DNA from: an uncultured Chitinophagaceae bacterium
GTDB taxonomy: Bacteria > Bacteroidota > Ignavibacteria > UBA10030 > UBA8401
Length of the DNA: 61,388 nucleotides
NCBI GenBank assembly: GCA_964361075.1
Contig: CAYHZL010000002.1
Coordinates: forward strand, 1-61,388
Direction of reading: 5' to 3'
Below the pieces are notes generated by a model. The model saw only the letters and a program-made list of their open reading frames with translations, was not told where the DNA came from and did not search any database. Numbering within the stretch: position 1 is the first letter of the stretch; the number at the start of each line of letters is the position of its first letter. Positions 20,894-30,735 of the stretch are shown here, in pieces. The translations under genes were made by a program, and so were the position numbers.

Positions 20894-21394
20894 ATGGATA
20901 CAATTGTTTTAAAGGAAGAAAAAATAGCATCGCAAATTTATTTGATACGCGGTGAGAAAGTTATTCTTGATAATGATCTTGCCAAATTGTATGGTGTCGA
21001 GGTCAAACGCTTAAAAGAAGCGGTGAGACGTAATATTAAACGTTTTCCAAATGATTTTATGTTTGAACTCACGAAAGAAGAATTTGATAACTTGAAGTCG
21101 CAATTTGCGACCTCAAGTTGGGGCGGTACAAGATATCGTCCGTTCGCATTTACTGAACAAGGTGTTGCAATGCTTTCAGGAATTCTCAACAGCGATCGTG
21201 CAATACAAGTGAACATTGCAATTATGAGAACATTTGTTCAGCTTCGCCAGTGGCTTTCTTCACATAAAGAATTAGAAAGAAAATTAGCATTGCTTGAAAA
21301 TAGATACGACAAACAATTCAAATTAGTGTTCGATGCAATTCGTCAGTTAATGAAGGAAGAAAAAAAGCCGTTACGAAAAATAGGATTTCATTAA
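20894..21394 (+). CDS. ORF6N (KilA-N-like) domain protein
   Basis: [19 protein letters not shown]...[15 protein letters not shown]...[11 protein letters not shown]...KIGF. Confidence 0.92.
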   Translation: MDTIVLKEEKIASQIYLIRGEKVILDNDLAKLYGVEVKRLKEAVRRNIKRFPNDFMFELTKEEFDNLKSQFATSSWGGTRYRPFAFTEQGVAMLSGILNSDRAIQVNIAIMRTFVQLRQWLSSHKELERKLALLENRYDKQFKLVFDAIRQLMKEEKKPLRKIGFH

Positions 21395-21396
21395 TA

Positions 21397-21513
21397 GGCA
21401 TCTCTAAAAACTAGAAGATAATTCTCTCGCAAAGCCGCAAAGCTCGCAAAAAGAAAAACTTATCGGTCTTTGCGCCTTGGCGTGAGACAACAAATTGGAC
21501 TTTAGAGATATCT
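21397..21513. mobile_element. MITE-like element with GGCATCTCTAAAAACT end
   Basis: Left end identical to 51077-51092; degenerate right end GGACTTTAGAGATATCT; internal CGCAAAG repeats. Confidence 0.6.
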
Positions 21514-21531
21514 TAATACAAGGAAAAAATT

Positions 21532-22503
21532 ATGACAAAAGAAAAAGAACAAAAAAAGAATATCCCACTTCAAATTTTAAAATGGGTTTGGGTAAACTTG
21601 CTTTTCGGCACTCCCGAACAAATGCAAACAGAAAAACCGCTGACGTTTCAAGAAAAAGTAAAACACACAGCGCGCGAGTTCGGTATCGTTGTCGGCGCGT
21701 TTCTAGTTTTAAATAATTTTGTGATCGCATCCTTTATGGTGCCGACCGGCTCGATGGAAAACGAAGTGATGACGGGCGATTTTCTGATGGTGAATAAATT
21801 TATGTACGGCGGATGTTCACCGCGCAATGTTCCGTTTACCGATATTCGCCTGCCATGGTTTCGTCTTCCGGCGTTCAAACACGTTGAGCGCGGCGATGTG
21901 ATCGTGTTTGAATTTCCCGGCTACCGCGAAGAAGTGCATCCAGAAGCGTTTACTTTTTATTTGAAACGCTGTCTTGCAATTTCCGGTGATACACTTGAAG
22001 TGCGCAACCGTGTTGTGTATGTAAACGGACAACGCGCGCCGATTCCGCGCAATATTAAATTCAATAATTTTCGTTTTACTCCACAAGGATACAGCGATGA
22101 AAGAATTTTTCCGCCGACTGCGCCGTTCAACGAAGATTTTTATGGACCAATTGTGGTGCCGAAAAAAGGAATGAAGATTGAACTTACATTTATCAATCTT
22201 ATTTTGTGGGATACATTTATCCAACGTGATGGACACAAAGCAACGCTTGGTGCTAATGGACAAATTTTAATTGACGGAAACCCAAACAGCACGTACATCG
22301 TTGAAAAAAATTATTTATTCGGGATGGGCGACAACCGCGACAACAGTTTAGACAGCCGCTACTGGGGATTTATTCCGGAAGAAAATGTTGTCGGCACGCC
22401 GATGTTCGTGTACTGGTCATGGAATTCTGATATTCCCATCTACAACCTCTTTGAAAAAATTGCATCGGTGCGTCTCAGCCGTGTTGGTGCATTGATTAAA
22501 TAA
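21532..22503 (+). CDS. lepB: Signal peptidase I
   Basis: VPTGSM (catalytic Ser), YLKRC (Lys), GDNRDNSLDSRYWG. Confidence 0.95.
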   Translation: MTKEKEQKKNIPLQILKWVWVNLLFGTPEQMQTEKPLTFQEKVKHTAREFGIVVGAFLVLNNFVIASFMVPTGSMENEVMTGDFLMVNKFMYGGCSPRNVPFTDIRLPWFRLPAFKHVERGDVIVFEFPGYREEVHPEAFTFYLKRCLAISGDTLEVRNRVVYVNGQRAPIPRNIKFNNFRFTPQGYSDERIFPPTAPFNEDFYGPIVVPKKGMKIELTFINLILWDTFIQRDGHKATLGANGQILIDGNPNSTYIVEKNYLFGMGDNRDNSLDSRYWGFIPEENVVGTPMFVYWSWNSDIPIYNLFEKIASVRLSRVGALIK

Positions 22504-22511
22504 AAAGGCAA

Positions 22512-22700
22512 AAGACCTAACAGGTTGCTGCACTCTGTTAGGTCTTGCCTTTAAAGTCATGCCATGAGTTACTTTTTTATTCGCCGCGGCGAATAAAACT
22601 TGTCCCGAAGGTCCCAAAGGGATCCCTTCGGGAGATGGATTCCCACAACATTCACCAAAACATTAGACAAATCCCGAAGGGATGGCTTAGCCACTCATGG
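22512..22700. repeat. REP-like hairpin AGACCTAACAG...CTGTTAGGTCT plus nested CCCGAAGG/CCTTCGGG palindromes
   Basis: Inverted repeats visible directly; related to 40752 and 43001. Confidence 0.65.
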
Positions 22701-22722
22701 CATGATTGAGTAGATACCAACA

Positions 22723-23373
22723 ATGTTAAAAACATCTCGCGATATAGCTACCATTTTTATTCTCACAATTTTTTTTGCTGTGTTTCTGAAGTCGTGTGTT
22801 GTGGATGCGTATAAAATTCCGAGCGCAAGTATGGAACACACACTGCTCGTCGGCGATTGTATTGTAGTAAATAAATTTATTTACGGCGCAAAACTGCCGC
22901 ACACGATTTCGCTTACATCAATTACACTTCCCCGTATTGCAATGCCGGCGCTGAAAAAAATTCAACGGGGCGATATTATTGTATTCGAATTTCCACCGGA
23001 GCCGGGCAGAAATCTTATCAAGCGATGCATTGCAATTGCAGGCGATACTGTGGAAATAAAAAACAAAAATGTATTTGTCAACGAAATGCAATTTCCTCGC
23101 GAACATTCGGTTACTGCAAGTCAATTTATTGAAGGAGAACCGAGTAACGATATTTTTCCGCACGGCAGTAATTTCAATCCGGATTTTTACGGACCAATTA
23201 TCGTTCCGCCGCATTCTGTCTTCGTGCTTGGTGATAATCACGACAATAGTTTTGACAGCCGCTTCTGGGGATTTGTTCCGGAGGAAAATGTTACCGGCAT
23301 GGCAATGATGATTTATTATTCGAGCGGAGAAAACGGAACGCGCTGGGAACGAATCGGAAAAATTCTACGATAG
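22723..23373 (+). CDS. lepB: Signal peptidase I (second paralog)
   Basis: IPSASM, LIKRC, GDNHDNSFDSRFWG. Confidence 0.92.
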   Translation: MLKTSRDIATIFILTIFFAVFLKSCVVDAYKIPSASMEHTLLVGDCIVVNKFIYGAKLPHTISLTSITLPRIAMPALKKIQRGDIIVFEFPPEPGRNLIKRCIAIAGDTVEIKNKNVFVNEMQFPREHSVTASQFIEGEPSNDIFPHGSNFNPDFYGPIIVPPHSVFVLGDNHDNSFDSRFWGFVPEENVTGMAMMIYYSSGENGTRWERIGKILR

Positions 23374-23383
23374 CATACACTGC

Positions 23384-24526
23384 ATGGCTTCTCTTTACCT
23401 TCACATACCGTACTGCGAACACAAATGCATCTACTGCGATTTTTATTCCATTGAAAATGCCGATACGATGGAGCAGTTCCTTCTCTCACTTGAAAAAGAA
23501 ATTGCATTACGCGCTTCCGAATTTTCCCGCAGAGAAACATTTGAAACTATTTTCTTTGGCGGCGGAACACCATCGCTTCTCGCTCCGTCTATAATAGAAA
23601 AAATTCTCAACCAGCTTCATACTCTGTATCGCATCGAACCAAACGCAGAAATTACACTCGAAACAAATCCCGGTACTGTTGATCTCGAAAAACTTCGCGC
23701 GTTTCGATCCGCAGGAATTAACCGCATCAGCATGGGCATTCAATCGTTTCATCAGGACGAGTTGAATTTTTTGACACGCATTCACACCGAAGAAGAAGCG
23801 GAAGAGTGTGTGCGCAATTGCTATCGTGCCGGATTTGAAAATGTAAATTTCGATTTACTATTTGCACTGCCACACCAAACTATTGCACGCTGGAAAGAAA
23901 CACTGCGCAGAGGAATTGCATTGCAGCCAAAACATATTTCTGCGTACAGTTTAATTGTCGAAGAAAATACACCGCTCTATTCTATGGTGAAGAGCAAACA
24001 AGTGTCGCCGTTACCTGAACACCTCGATGCAGACATGTACGAAACAACTATTGAGACGCTCACATCACACGGCTACGCGCAATATGAAGTTTCCAATTTT
24101 GCACACAATGGATTTGAAAGCCGGCACAACAAAAATTATTGGAACCATGCCAACTATCTCAGTTTCGGTCCATCGGCACATTCATTTTGGAAAACTAATG
24201 CAACACACGGCAAGAGATGGTGGAACGCACGCAGTGTCAATCAATATTGTGCAGACCTTGCTGTGGAGAAGTTTCCTGTAAGCGGTGAAGAAGTTGTTGA
24301 TGCACAGAAAATGTTCAACGAAGAAATTTTTCTTGGATTGCGCAGCGGCGGATTGGATTTGAAATTGTTGAAAAATGTGTACGGTGCAGATATTTTTTCG
24401 ACACATGCGATGCTTCTGAAAAAATTTGAACAGGAACAATTTCTTTCGTTTGATGCAGCATCGCTTCGTCTTACTTCCAAAGGTTACATGATGTGCGATG
24501 CAATTGCGGAGAAGTTACTCCGGTGA
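23384..24526 (+). CDS. hemW: Radical SAM heme chaperone HemW
   Basis: LYLHIPYCEHKCIYCDF, GGGTPS, YEVSNFA, HNKNYW. Confidence 0.92.
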   Translation: MASLYLHIPYCEHKCIYCDFYSIENADTMEQFLLSLEKEIALRASEFSRRETFETIFFGGGTPSLLAPSIIEKILNQLHTLYRIEPNAEITLETNPGTVDLEKLRAFRSAGINRISMGIQSFHQDELNFLTRIHTEEEAEECVRNCYRAGFENVNFDLLFALPHQTIARWKETLRRGIALQPKHISAYSLIVEENTPLYSMVKSKQVSPLPEHLDADMYETTIETLTSHGYAQYEVSNFAHNGFESRHNKNYWNHANYLSFGPSAHSFWKTNATHGKRWWNARSVNQYCADLAVEKFPVSGEEVVDAQKMFNEEIFLGLRSGGLDLKLLKNVYGADIFSTHAMLLKKFEQEQFLSFDAASLRLTSKGYMMCDAIAEKLLR

Positions 24527-24533
24527 AAAATTG

Positions 24534-24562
24534 TTGGAAATAAACCTCATTCAAAGTATATT
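24534..24562 (+). promoter_or_regulatory. Sigma70-like promoter
   Basis: TTGGAA-17-TATATT upstream of the DUF2723 gene. Confidence 0.5.
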
Positions 24563-24605
24563 TATCCGTCATTTTTATTCATCATAATTGTTTGTCGAGG
24601 ATTCA

Positions 24606-27356
24606 ATGGAGCATTCAAAACTTAATCGAATCGTTGCCGGTTCGGTATTTCTCATTTCAATAATTACCTACATTAAAACGTTATCTGATACGGTGGTGTT
24701 TTGGGATGTTGGCGAATTTATTGCCGCATCGTACTTGTTGCAAGTACCGCACCCGCCGGGCTCTCCGTTATTTTTACTTGTCGGAAAATTATTTTCGATG
24801 GTGCCGTTTGCGCACGATCCTGCTGTGCGCGTGCATTTTACTTCCGCATTGGCAAGCGCGCTCACGAGCATGTTTTTATATCTTTCAATAGTAAAATTAA
24901 TTTTACTGTGGAAAGAAAAACCAAAAAATACCATTGAAGCAATTGCGTTATATGGAGCCGGCGTTGTTGGCGCATTGTCGCTTACGTTCAGCCCCACATT
25001 TTGGTTTAATGCTGTGGAAGCAGAAGTGTACGGTGCAAGTATGTTGTTTATCAGTGTACTTACCTATTTGTCACTGCGATGGAATGAACGAGCAAATAAC
25101 CCGGGGAACGAAAAATATATTTTGTTGATTGCATATCTTGTTGGTCTCTCGCTTGGTGTTCACTTGCTGGCGCTGCTCGTAATTTTTCCTCTCCTCATCA
25201 TTATTTATTTCCGACGCTATGAATTTTCGGTGAAGTCGTATCTCATTTTCGGGATGGCGGCAATAGGAATTTTTGCTGTAGTGTACCCCGGCGTTGTAAA
25301 AATGATTCCGAATTTTCTTGATGGTGAAGTTGCTATTGGCGCCGGTCCGGCAAGCAAAAGTATTTTTTGGACACTGCTTCCTATCGCAGCAATTATTGCC
25401 GCAGTGTATGGCGTGTACTCATCGCATGTGAAAAAACAGCCGATGCTGAATCTTGCGTACATGTCGTTTTTGCTGATTGTGCTTGGCTATTCAACATACA
25501 CGATGGTCATCATTCGTGCGAATGCGCATCCGCCGATGAACGAAAATAATCCTGATACGTTAACGCGGTTGGTCTCGTACTTAAACCGCGAACAGTACGG
25601 CGATGCACCGTTAATGAAACGACGATGGAGTCAAGAGCCGCAACATCAAGGCATCTACACAAAGTACCAAAGCGACGGCGATTATTTTTTGAAGTACCAA
25701 ATGGATCACATGATGCTGCGCTACTTCTTGTGGCAGTACGTCGGCATTGAAGGTGATTGGCAAGATGCGGGTGTGAATTGGAAACAACTGTACGGTATTC
25801 CGCTCTTCATCGGATTGTTCGGTATGTATTACCATTTCAAAAAAGATAAAAAAATGTGGTGGGTCTTTTTCAATTTCTTTTTGTTGATGAGTGTTGTTCT
25901 TATGTTTTACTTCAACATGCAAGAACCGCAGCCGCGCGAGCGTGATTATTTTTTTGTCGGCGCATTCTTTGTTTTTTCATTGTGGATTGGTATCGGCGTG
26001 ATGGGTCTTGTAGAATCGGTGCAAGAATTTTTGAAGAATGATCAGGCGAAAAAAATTGCGACCGGCGGTATTGTGCTGCTCAGCGTTGTCTTTGTTCCCG
26101 CCAACATGATGAAAACAAATTTCAAAGGTGCAGACCGTACCGGCGATTATGTTGCATGGGATTATTCGTACAACTTATTGCAATCGTGCGAACCTGACGC
26201 GATTTTATTTACCAACGGCGATAACGATACATTTCCGTTGTGGTATTTGCAGGATGTGGAAGGTGTTCGCCGCGATATTCGTGTTGTCAATTTAAGTTTG
26301 GTGAACACGTCGTGGTATATCAACCAATTAAAAAATGAAACGCCGCACGGCGCGAAGAAAGTGCCAATCAGTCTTTCCGAAGAACAGATTGCAAGCATTC
26401 AACCTATGCAATGGGAAACGCGCGAGATGACATTAGACGTTCCGAGTGATGTCTGGAAAAAATATAATGTTTCCGGCGACATCAATAAACAAGCACCCGT
26501 ACACAGCGGCGCGAATGACAGCAACCGCGTTATCAAATTTACGATGCAACACACGCTTACCTTCGGACAGGTGAAAGCTATTCGCGTGCAGGATATTATG
26601 GCGTTCGATATTATTTCCACAAACCGATGGGAACGCCCGATCTACTTTGCTGTTACATCAACACCCGACAGCAAAATTGGATTAGATAAATATATGCGGA
26701 TGGATGGACTCGCAATGAAATTGATTCCGTTCCAAACACAGAACGATGAAGGAATTATTGTTGATTCAATTCTTGCGGCTAACTTGTACGACACGCCAAA
26801 AGAACCGAGCAAACAATTTCGTCGCGGCTATATGTACCGCGGGCTGAATAATTCGAATGTGTACTATGATGAAAACGTAACGCGCTTGGTAATGAATTAC
26901 CGCAACGCATTTTTACGGTTGGCATTATATCATTTGAATACGACAAAAAATAATTCAGCAGCAGTAGCGGCGCTGGATTCGATGGAAGCAAAAGTGCCGC
27001 GCAGTGTGATGCCGATGGATTACCGCATCATGTTTGATGTGGCGAAGTTTTATACCTTTGCGGGCGCAAAGGATAAAGCGGAAAAATTATCTGTTGAAGT
27101 TGAAAAGAAATTGTTGGACTTAACACAGCAGCCGCCGCATGAGCAGCTTTCACAATACAGCCCGTACTATATGTTGTATTCTATGTATATGGATCGCGGC
27201 GAATTTGAGAAAGCAATTGGCGCATTGAATAAAATTAAAGAAGCATACGCTTCAACGCCGGGCGTTGGTGAATGGGCAAAAGGTCAAATAGGACAAATGC
27301 AGGCGCAACTTGCTTTGCAAAATACAGGAAAAAAAGATACAGTCGCAAAGAAATAA
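24606..27356 (+). CDS. DUF2723 multi-pass membrane protein (TMEM260-like GT-C glycosyltransferase)
   Basis: FWDVGEFIAA...VPHPPGSPLF, AVEAEVY, YLNREQYG, PRERDYFF, TNGDNDTFPLWY. Confidence 0.9.
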   Translation: MEHSKLNRIVAGSVFLISIITYIKTLSDTVVFWDVGEFIAASYLLQVPHPPGSPLFLLVGKLFSMVPFAHDPAVRVHFTSALASALTSMFLYLSIVKLILLWKEKPKNTIEAIALYGAGVVGALSLTFSPTFWFNAVEAEVYGASMLFISVLTYLSLRWNERANNPGNEKYILLIAYLVGLSLGVHLLALLVIFPLLIIIYFRRYEFSVKSYLIFGMAAIGIFAVVYPGVVKMIPNFLDGEVAIGAGPASKSIFWTLLPIAAIIAAVYGVYSSHVKKQPMLNLAYMSFLLIVLGYSTYTMVIIRANAHPPMNENNPDTLTRLVSYLNREQYGDAPLMKRRWSQEPQHQGIYTKYQSDGDYFLKYQMDHMMLRYFLWQYVGIEGDWQDAGVNWKQLYGIPLFIGLFGMYYHFKKDKKMWWVFFNFFLLMSVVLMFYFNMQEPQPRERDYFFVGAFFVFSLWIGIGVMGLVESVQEFLKNDQAKKIATGGIVLLSVVFVPANMMKTNFKGADRTGDYVAWDYSYNLLQSCEPDAILFTNGDNDTFPLWYLQDVEGVRRDIRVVNLSLVNTSWYINQLKNETPHGAKKVPISLSEEQIASIQPMQWETREMTLDVPSDVWKKYNVSGDINKQAPVHSGANDSNRVIKFTMQHTLTFGQVKAIRVQDIMAFDIISTNRWERPIYFAVTSTPDSKIGLDKYMRMDGLAMKLIPFQTQNDEGIIVDSILAANLYDTPKEPSKQFRRGYMYRGLNNSNVYYDENVTRLVMNYRNAFLRLALYHLNTTKNNSAAVAALDSMEAKVPRSVMPMDYRIMFDVAKFYTFAGAKDKAEKLSVEVEKKLLDLTQQPPHEQLSQYSPYYMLYSMYMDRGEFEKAIGALNKIKEAYASTPGVGEWAKGQIGQMQAQLALQNTGKKDTVAKK

Positions 27357-27435
27357 TTTTTTTACTTACGATGAAGGAAGAAGGATGTGGCGCGGAGCGC
27401 CATGCCGTACAGCGGCAAATTATGAGTGAAAGAAT

Positions 27436-27637
27436 GTAACTAATCAGCGTGTTTTTTGTTCCGAAGGAATGCCTTCGGCATAATTTCAGTATTTCCAAAG
27501 AACAAAAACGAATCCCCCGTCCCGATTAAAAAGCAAATCGGGACACCCCCTTTTCAAGGGGGATTTAAAACAAGGATTCCCCCTTGAAAAGGGGGTTAGG
27601 GGGATTAGTTGAATCAACAATAACGCTGAGTAGTTAC
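27436..27637. mobile_element. MITE-like element, terminal inverted repeat GTAACTA(A/C)TCAGCGT, carrying a CCCCC/GGGGG REP doublet
   Basis: 14/15 inverted repeat at 27436-27450 and 27623-27637. Confidence 0.7.
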
Positions 27638-27693
27638 GAAAGAATTCCATAATTTGCCGAAGGTATCCCTTCGGGACGTCTTCATAATTTTAT

Positions 27694-28479
27694 ATGAAAG
27701 AATCACGTCGCTCAAACTGGGAAACATTTTGGGAAGAGAAAAAAGAATTTACCGAAGTCTATTCTAATTCAGACCGTGTAGTACGCAACCTGCTGAAAGT
27801 GATGGATGTGCGCGGAAAAAAAATTCTGGAAGTCGGCGCCGGTACAGGGCGCGACAGTTTTCCGCTTGTTGAACAGGGTGCGGAGGTGTACCAACTCGAC
27901 TACTCCATCAACTCGCTGAAAATTATGAAACGTATTTCCGAAGAAGCGAAGATGGATGTGAAAATTCTCGGCGGCGATACGTTTATGCTTCCGTTTAAAG
28001 ATGAAACCTTCGATGTTGTATTTCACCAAGGACTGCTCGAACATTTTCGTCCGGCACAAGCGGATGCGTTGCTGAAAGAAAATATTCGTGTCATCAAAAA
28101 AGGGGGATTGTTGTTGGTTGATGTGCCGCAACGGTACCACATTTATACAATCATCAAACATGTTTTGATTGCGATCAATAAATGGTTTGCAGGATGGGAA
28201 CGTGAATTTTCTGTCGGTCAACTTCGCGGTATCATGGAAGGATTTGGTTTACAAACGGTGCATACGTACGGCGAATGGATGTATCCGAGTTTGTTCTATC
28301 GTGCAACACGCGAGGCGTTATTGAAAGCGAGAATAAAGCTGCCGCTCTATCCGACGTTCTATCCAACATTTTTCAAACCGTTCACCGTTGTAAGAAAAAA
28401 TATTCGCGAAACATTACGCGATACTCCGGTTGCCATTAACACGTCGCTCTCGTTTGGCATTATTGGTAAAAAAGGATAA
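27694..28479 (+). CDS. Class I SAM-dependent methyltransferase
   Basis: ILEVGAGTG, LPFKDETFDVV...LLEHF. Confidence 0.9.
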   Translation: MKESRRSNWETFWEEKKEFTEVYSNSDRVVRNLLKVMDVRGKKILEVGAGTGRDSFPLVEQGAEVYQLDYSINSLKIMKRISEEAKMDVKILGGDTFMLPFKDETFDVVFHQGLLEHFRPAQADALLKENIRVIKKGGLLLVDVPQRYHIYTIIKHVLIAINKWFAGWEREFSVGQLRGIMEGFGLQTVHTYGEWMYPSLFYRATREALLKARIKLPLYPTFYPTFFKPFTVVRKNIRETLRDTPVAINTSLSFGIIGKKG

Positions 28480-28626
28480 AGGATGAGGGAAGGATAAAGG
28501 ATGAGGGATGAAGGATGAAGAATAAAGGATAAAGGATAAAGGATGAAGGATGAAAAAGATATGTTTCGAGTCCATTCATAATTCATCCCTCATCCCTCAT
28601 CCCTCATCCTTTATCCTTCATCCCTA
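28472..28626. repeat. Heptamer tandem array (AAGGATA/AGGGATG/AAGGATG) followed by its inverted copy
   Basis: About 11 forward heptamers, then about 6 TCATCCC/TTATCCT units; forms a long imperfect hairpin. Confidence 0.85.
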
Positions 28627-28633
28627 ATAATTT

Positions 28634-29749
28634 ATGAAGATTCTCATTTTTAACTGGCAAGATATTTCCAATCCGTTAGCGGGTGGCGCAGAAGTGCATC
28701 TGCACGAAGTCTTTTCGCGTATTGCCAATATGGGGCACGATGTAACACTTTTTTGCTCGATGTACGAAGGAGCGAAGCACGAAGAAGAGATGAACGGCAT
28801 TCATGTCATCCGCGAAGGAAGCCGCTCGTTCTTCAATTATCTTGTTCCACAAAAATATTTTTCTACGTTCAGGCATCAGCATTTCGATTTGATTGTAGAT
28901 GATATGAACAAGATTCCATTCTACACACCGCTCTATGTGAAAGAACCTCTGCTCGGCGTTACACATCATCTTTTTGGAACAAGTATTTTTAAGGAAGTAA
29001 ATTTTCCGGCAGCATCGTACGTCTATCTTACCGAACGCGCGGCATTGCCGATGTACAAACGATTACATTGTATTGTCGGTTCGCCCAGCACGCACAGAGA
29101 ATTATTGCATCGTGGATTTGCGGAAGAGAAAACGCATCTTATTCACTACGGCGTTGCGCGCGAGCAATTTAAGCAACTCAACATTCCAAAAAATTTAACG
29201 CCGCTGATCGGTTGTCTCGGCAGATTAAAAAAATATAAAAGTGTCGATCACTTATTAGAAGCATTTGTTATTGTGCGTGATGAAATTCCTGAAACGCAAT
29301 TATTGATAGTTGGTGATGGCGATGACAAACCGCGCTTGCAGCAACTTGCCGAATCATTGGGAATTGCCCGCGCGGTGAGCTTTACCGGATTTGTGAGTGA
29401 AGAAGAAAAAGTTAAACATCTCAACCGTATTCACATTGCTGTGAACACTTCCGCAAAGGAAGGATGGGGATTGACGGTGATCGAAGCGAATGCGTGCGGC
29501 ACGCCAACCGTTTCAAGCAATGTAGAAGGATTGCGAGATGCAGTGCTTGATGGTGAAACAGGATTGCTGTACGAATACGGCGACCGCGAACAACTTGCAG
29601 AAAAAATTTTACTCTTACTGCGCGATGAACGCTTGCGTGAACGACTAACCGCAAATGCTTTGCAGCGCGCAAAAGAATTTGATTGGAACATCGCCGCTAA
29701 AAAAACCATGCGTGTGATAGAAAAAGTTTTATCGGAAAAGAAGATGTGA
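28634..29749 (+). CDS. Glycosyltransferase family 4
   Basis: AGGAEVH, GRLKKYK, EGWGLTVIEANACGTP. Confidence 0.93.
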   Translation: MKILIFNWQDISNPLAGGAEVHLHEVFSRIANMGHDVTLFCSMYEGAKHEEEMNGIHVIREGSRSFFNYLVPQKYFSTFRHQHFDLIVDDMNKIPFYTPLYVKEPLLGVTHHLFGTSIFKEVNFPAASYVYLTERAALPMYKRLHCIVGSPSTHRELLHRGFAEEKTHLIHYGVAREQFKQLNIPKNLTPLIGCLGRLKKYKSVDHLLEAFVIVRDEIPETQLLIVGDGDDKPRLQQLAESLGIARAVSFTGFVSEEEKVKHLNRIHIAVNTSAKEGWGLTVIEANACGTPTVSSNVEGLRDAVLDGETGLLYEYGDREQLAEKILLLLRDERLRERLTANALQRAKEFDWNIAAKKTMRVIEKVLSEKKM

Positions 29750-29810
29750 AACGCTTGGCGTCAGACATCTCTGATGATGTCTTTTGTTGGAACTATTAAA
29801 CGGATATTCT

Positions 29811-30662
29811 ATGAATAACCCACCCAAAGAAAAACGCCAAATCGAAATTCTTTCCTTAGTAGAACAACATTCTCATCAATATACAATCGCCGATCTTTGT
29901 GATGTTTTTAAGGTTGAAACAGCAACCATTCACCGCGACCTAAAAGAATTACGAGAAGAGGGAGTTCGCATTCACAGCACAAAGAAAGGTATTGTGCTTG
30001 AAAAGCAATTGCTCAGAGAAGAGTACAATAAATTTCTTTATCGGTATTTAACGTACAGCGGATCGGCAATTGGTTATCCCAAAAATATTTCTCTTACGAC
30101 GAAAAAACTGCGTTCACAATCTCTCAACATATTCACTTCCATAGTTACTGCTATTGAAAAAAGAAATGAACTTGCATTGGTGTATACAAAATATTCTTCT
30201 TCAGAAACGGTAGCCAGAATTGTGCATCCGTACTCACTTGTTGCAACCGCGCGTGATTGGCGATTGATTACTTGGTCAGACGGACATTTCAAACAATTTT
30301 TAGTAGAAAATATAAAAGAGATAAAAATTTTACCAACAACATTCCGTGTCATGAAAAATTTTGACCTGAACAAACTTTACAAAACAAGTTTTGAATTGTG
30401 GAGCGGAGATGAAGAATACGATGTCTCTCTTCGTTTTTCTTCATCAGTGGCGAAACAAATTGCCAATGGTGTGTGGAGTGAAGAACAGGAAATTGTTCAT
30501 CTCGAAGATGGCTGTGTCCGTTTAAGCATGAAAGTAAATTCACTTGAACAAATTGGGAAGTGGATTATTGCGTGGGGCGGCAATGTAGTTGTTGAAAAAC
30601 CAAAACAGCTAAAGATATTTGTGCAACAAGTAGCGAAAGGATTTTTAGAAAAGAATCCATAG
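29811..30662 (+). CDS. HTH-WYL-WCX transcriptional regulator
   Basis: TIHRDLKEL (wHTH), RIVHPYSL...WRL...F (WYL), WIIAWGGNVVVEKP..L (WCX). Confidence 0.9.
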   Translation: MNNPPKEKRQIEILSLVEQHSHQYTIADLCDVFKVETATIHRDLKELREEGVRIHSTKKGIVLEKQLLREEYNKFLYRYLTYSGSAIGYPKNISLTTKKLRSQSLNIFTSIVTAIEKRNELALVYTKYSSSETVARIVHPYSLVATARDWRLITWSDGHFKQFLVENIKEIKILPTTFRVMKNFDLNKLYKTSFELWSGDEEYDVSLRFSSSVAKQIANGVWSEEQEIVHLEDGCVRLSMKVNSLEQIGKWIIAWGGNVVVEKPKQLKIFVQQVAKGFLEKNP

Positions 30663-30667
30663 AATAT

Positions 30668-30710
30668 TATCATTCAATGATATGAAACCACTCCTTCATT
30701 CATGTATTTT
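30668..30710 (+). promoter_or_regulatory. Palindrome TATCATT-C-AATGATA abutting a weak promoter ATGAAA-17-TATTTT; candidate WYL operator
   Basis: Perfect 7-bp-arm inverted repeat at 30668-30682, between the WYL and AAA genes. Confidence 0.45.
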
Positions 30711-30735
30711 ATTGCATCATATATAAGGAGTGAAG

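Noticed and set aside
16324-21394. Prophage (Gp37/Gp68 and ORF6N annotations)
   Set aside because: No structural, terminase or integrase genes; both genes are solitary among core genes.
28345-28372. YPTF-YPTF duplication in the methyltransferase
   Set aside because: In-frame 12-nt micro-duplication with no evident consequence.
28472-28626. CRISPR array
   Set aside because: Heptamer microsatellite with no unique spacers; no cas operon. DUF2779 is Cas4-like but stands alone.
29763-29782. AGACATC-N6-GATGTCT as the WYL autoregulatory operator
   Set aside because: It shares the GTCAGACATC core with repeats at 13411 and about 50358, so it is more likely a REP remnant; not excluded.
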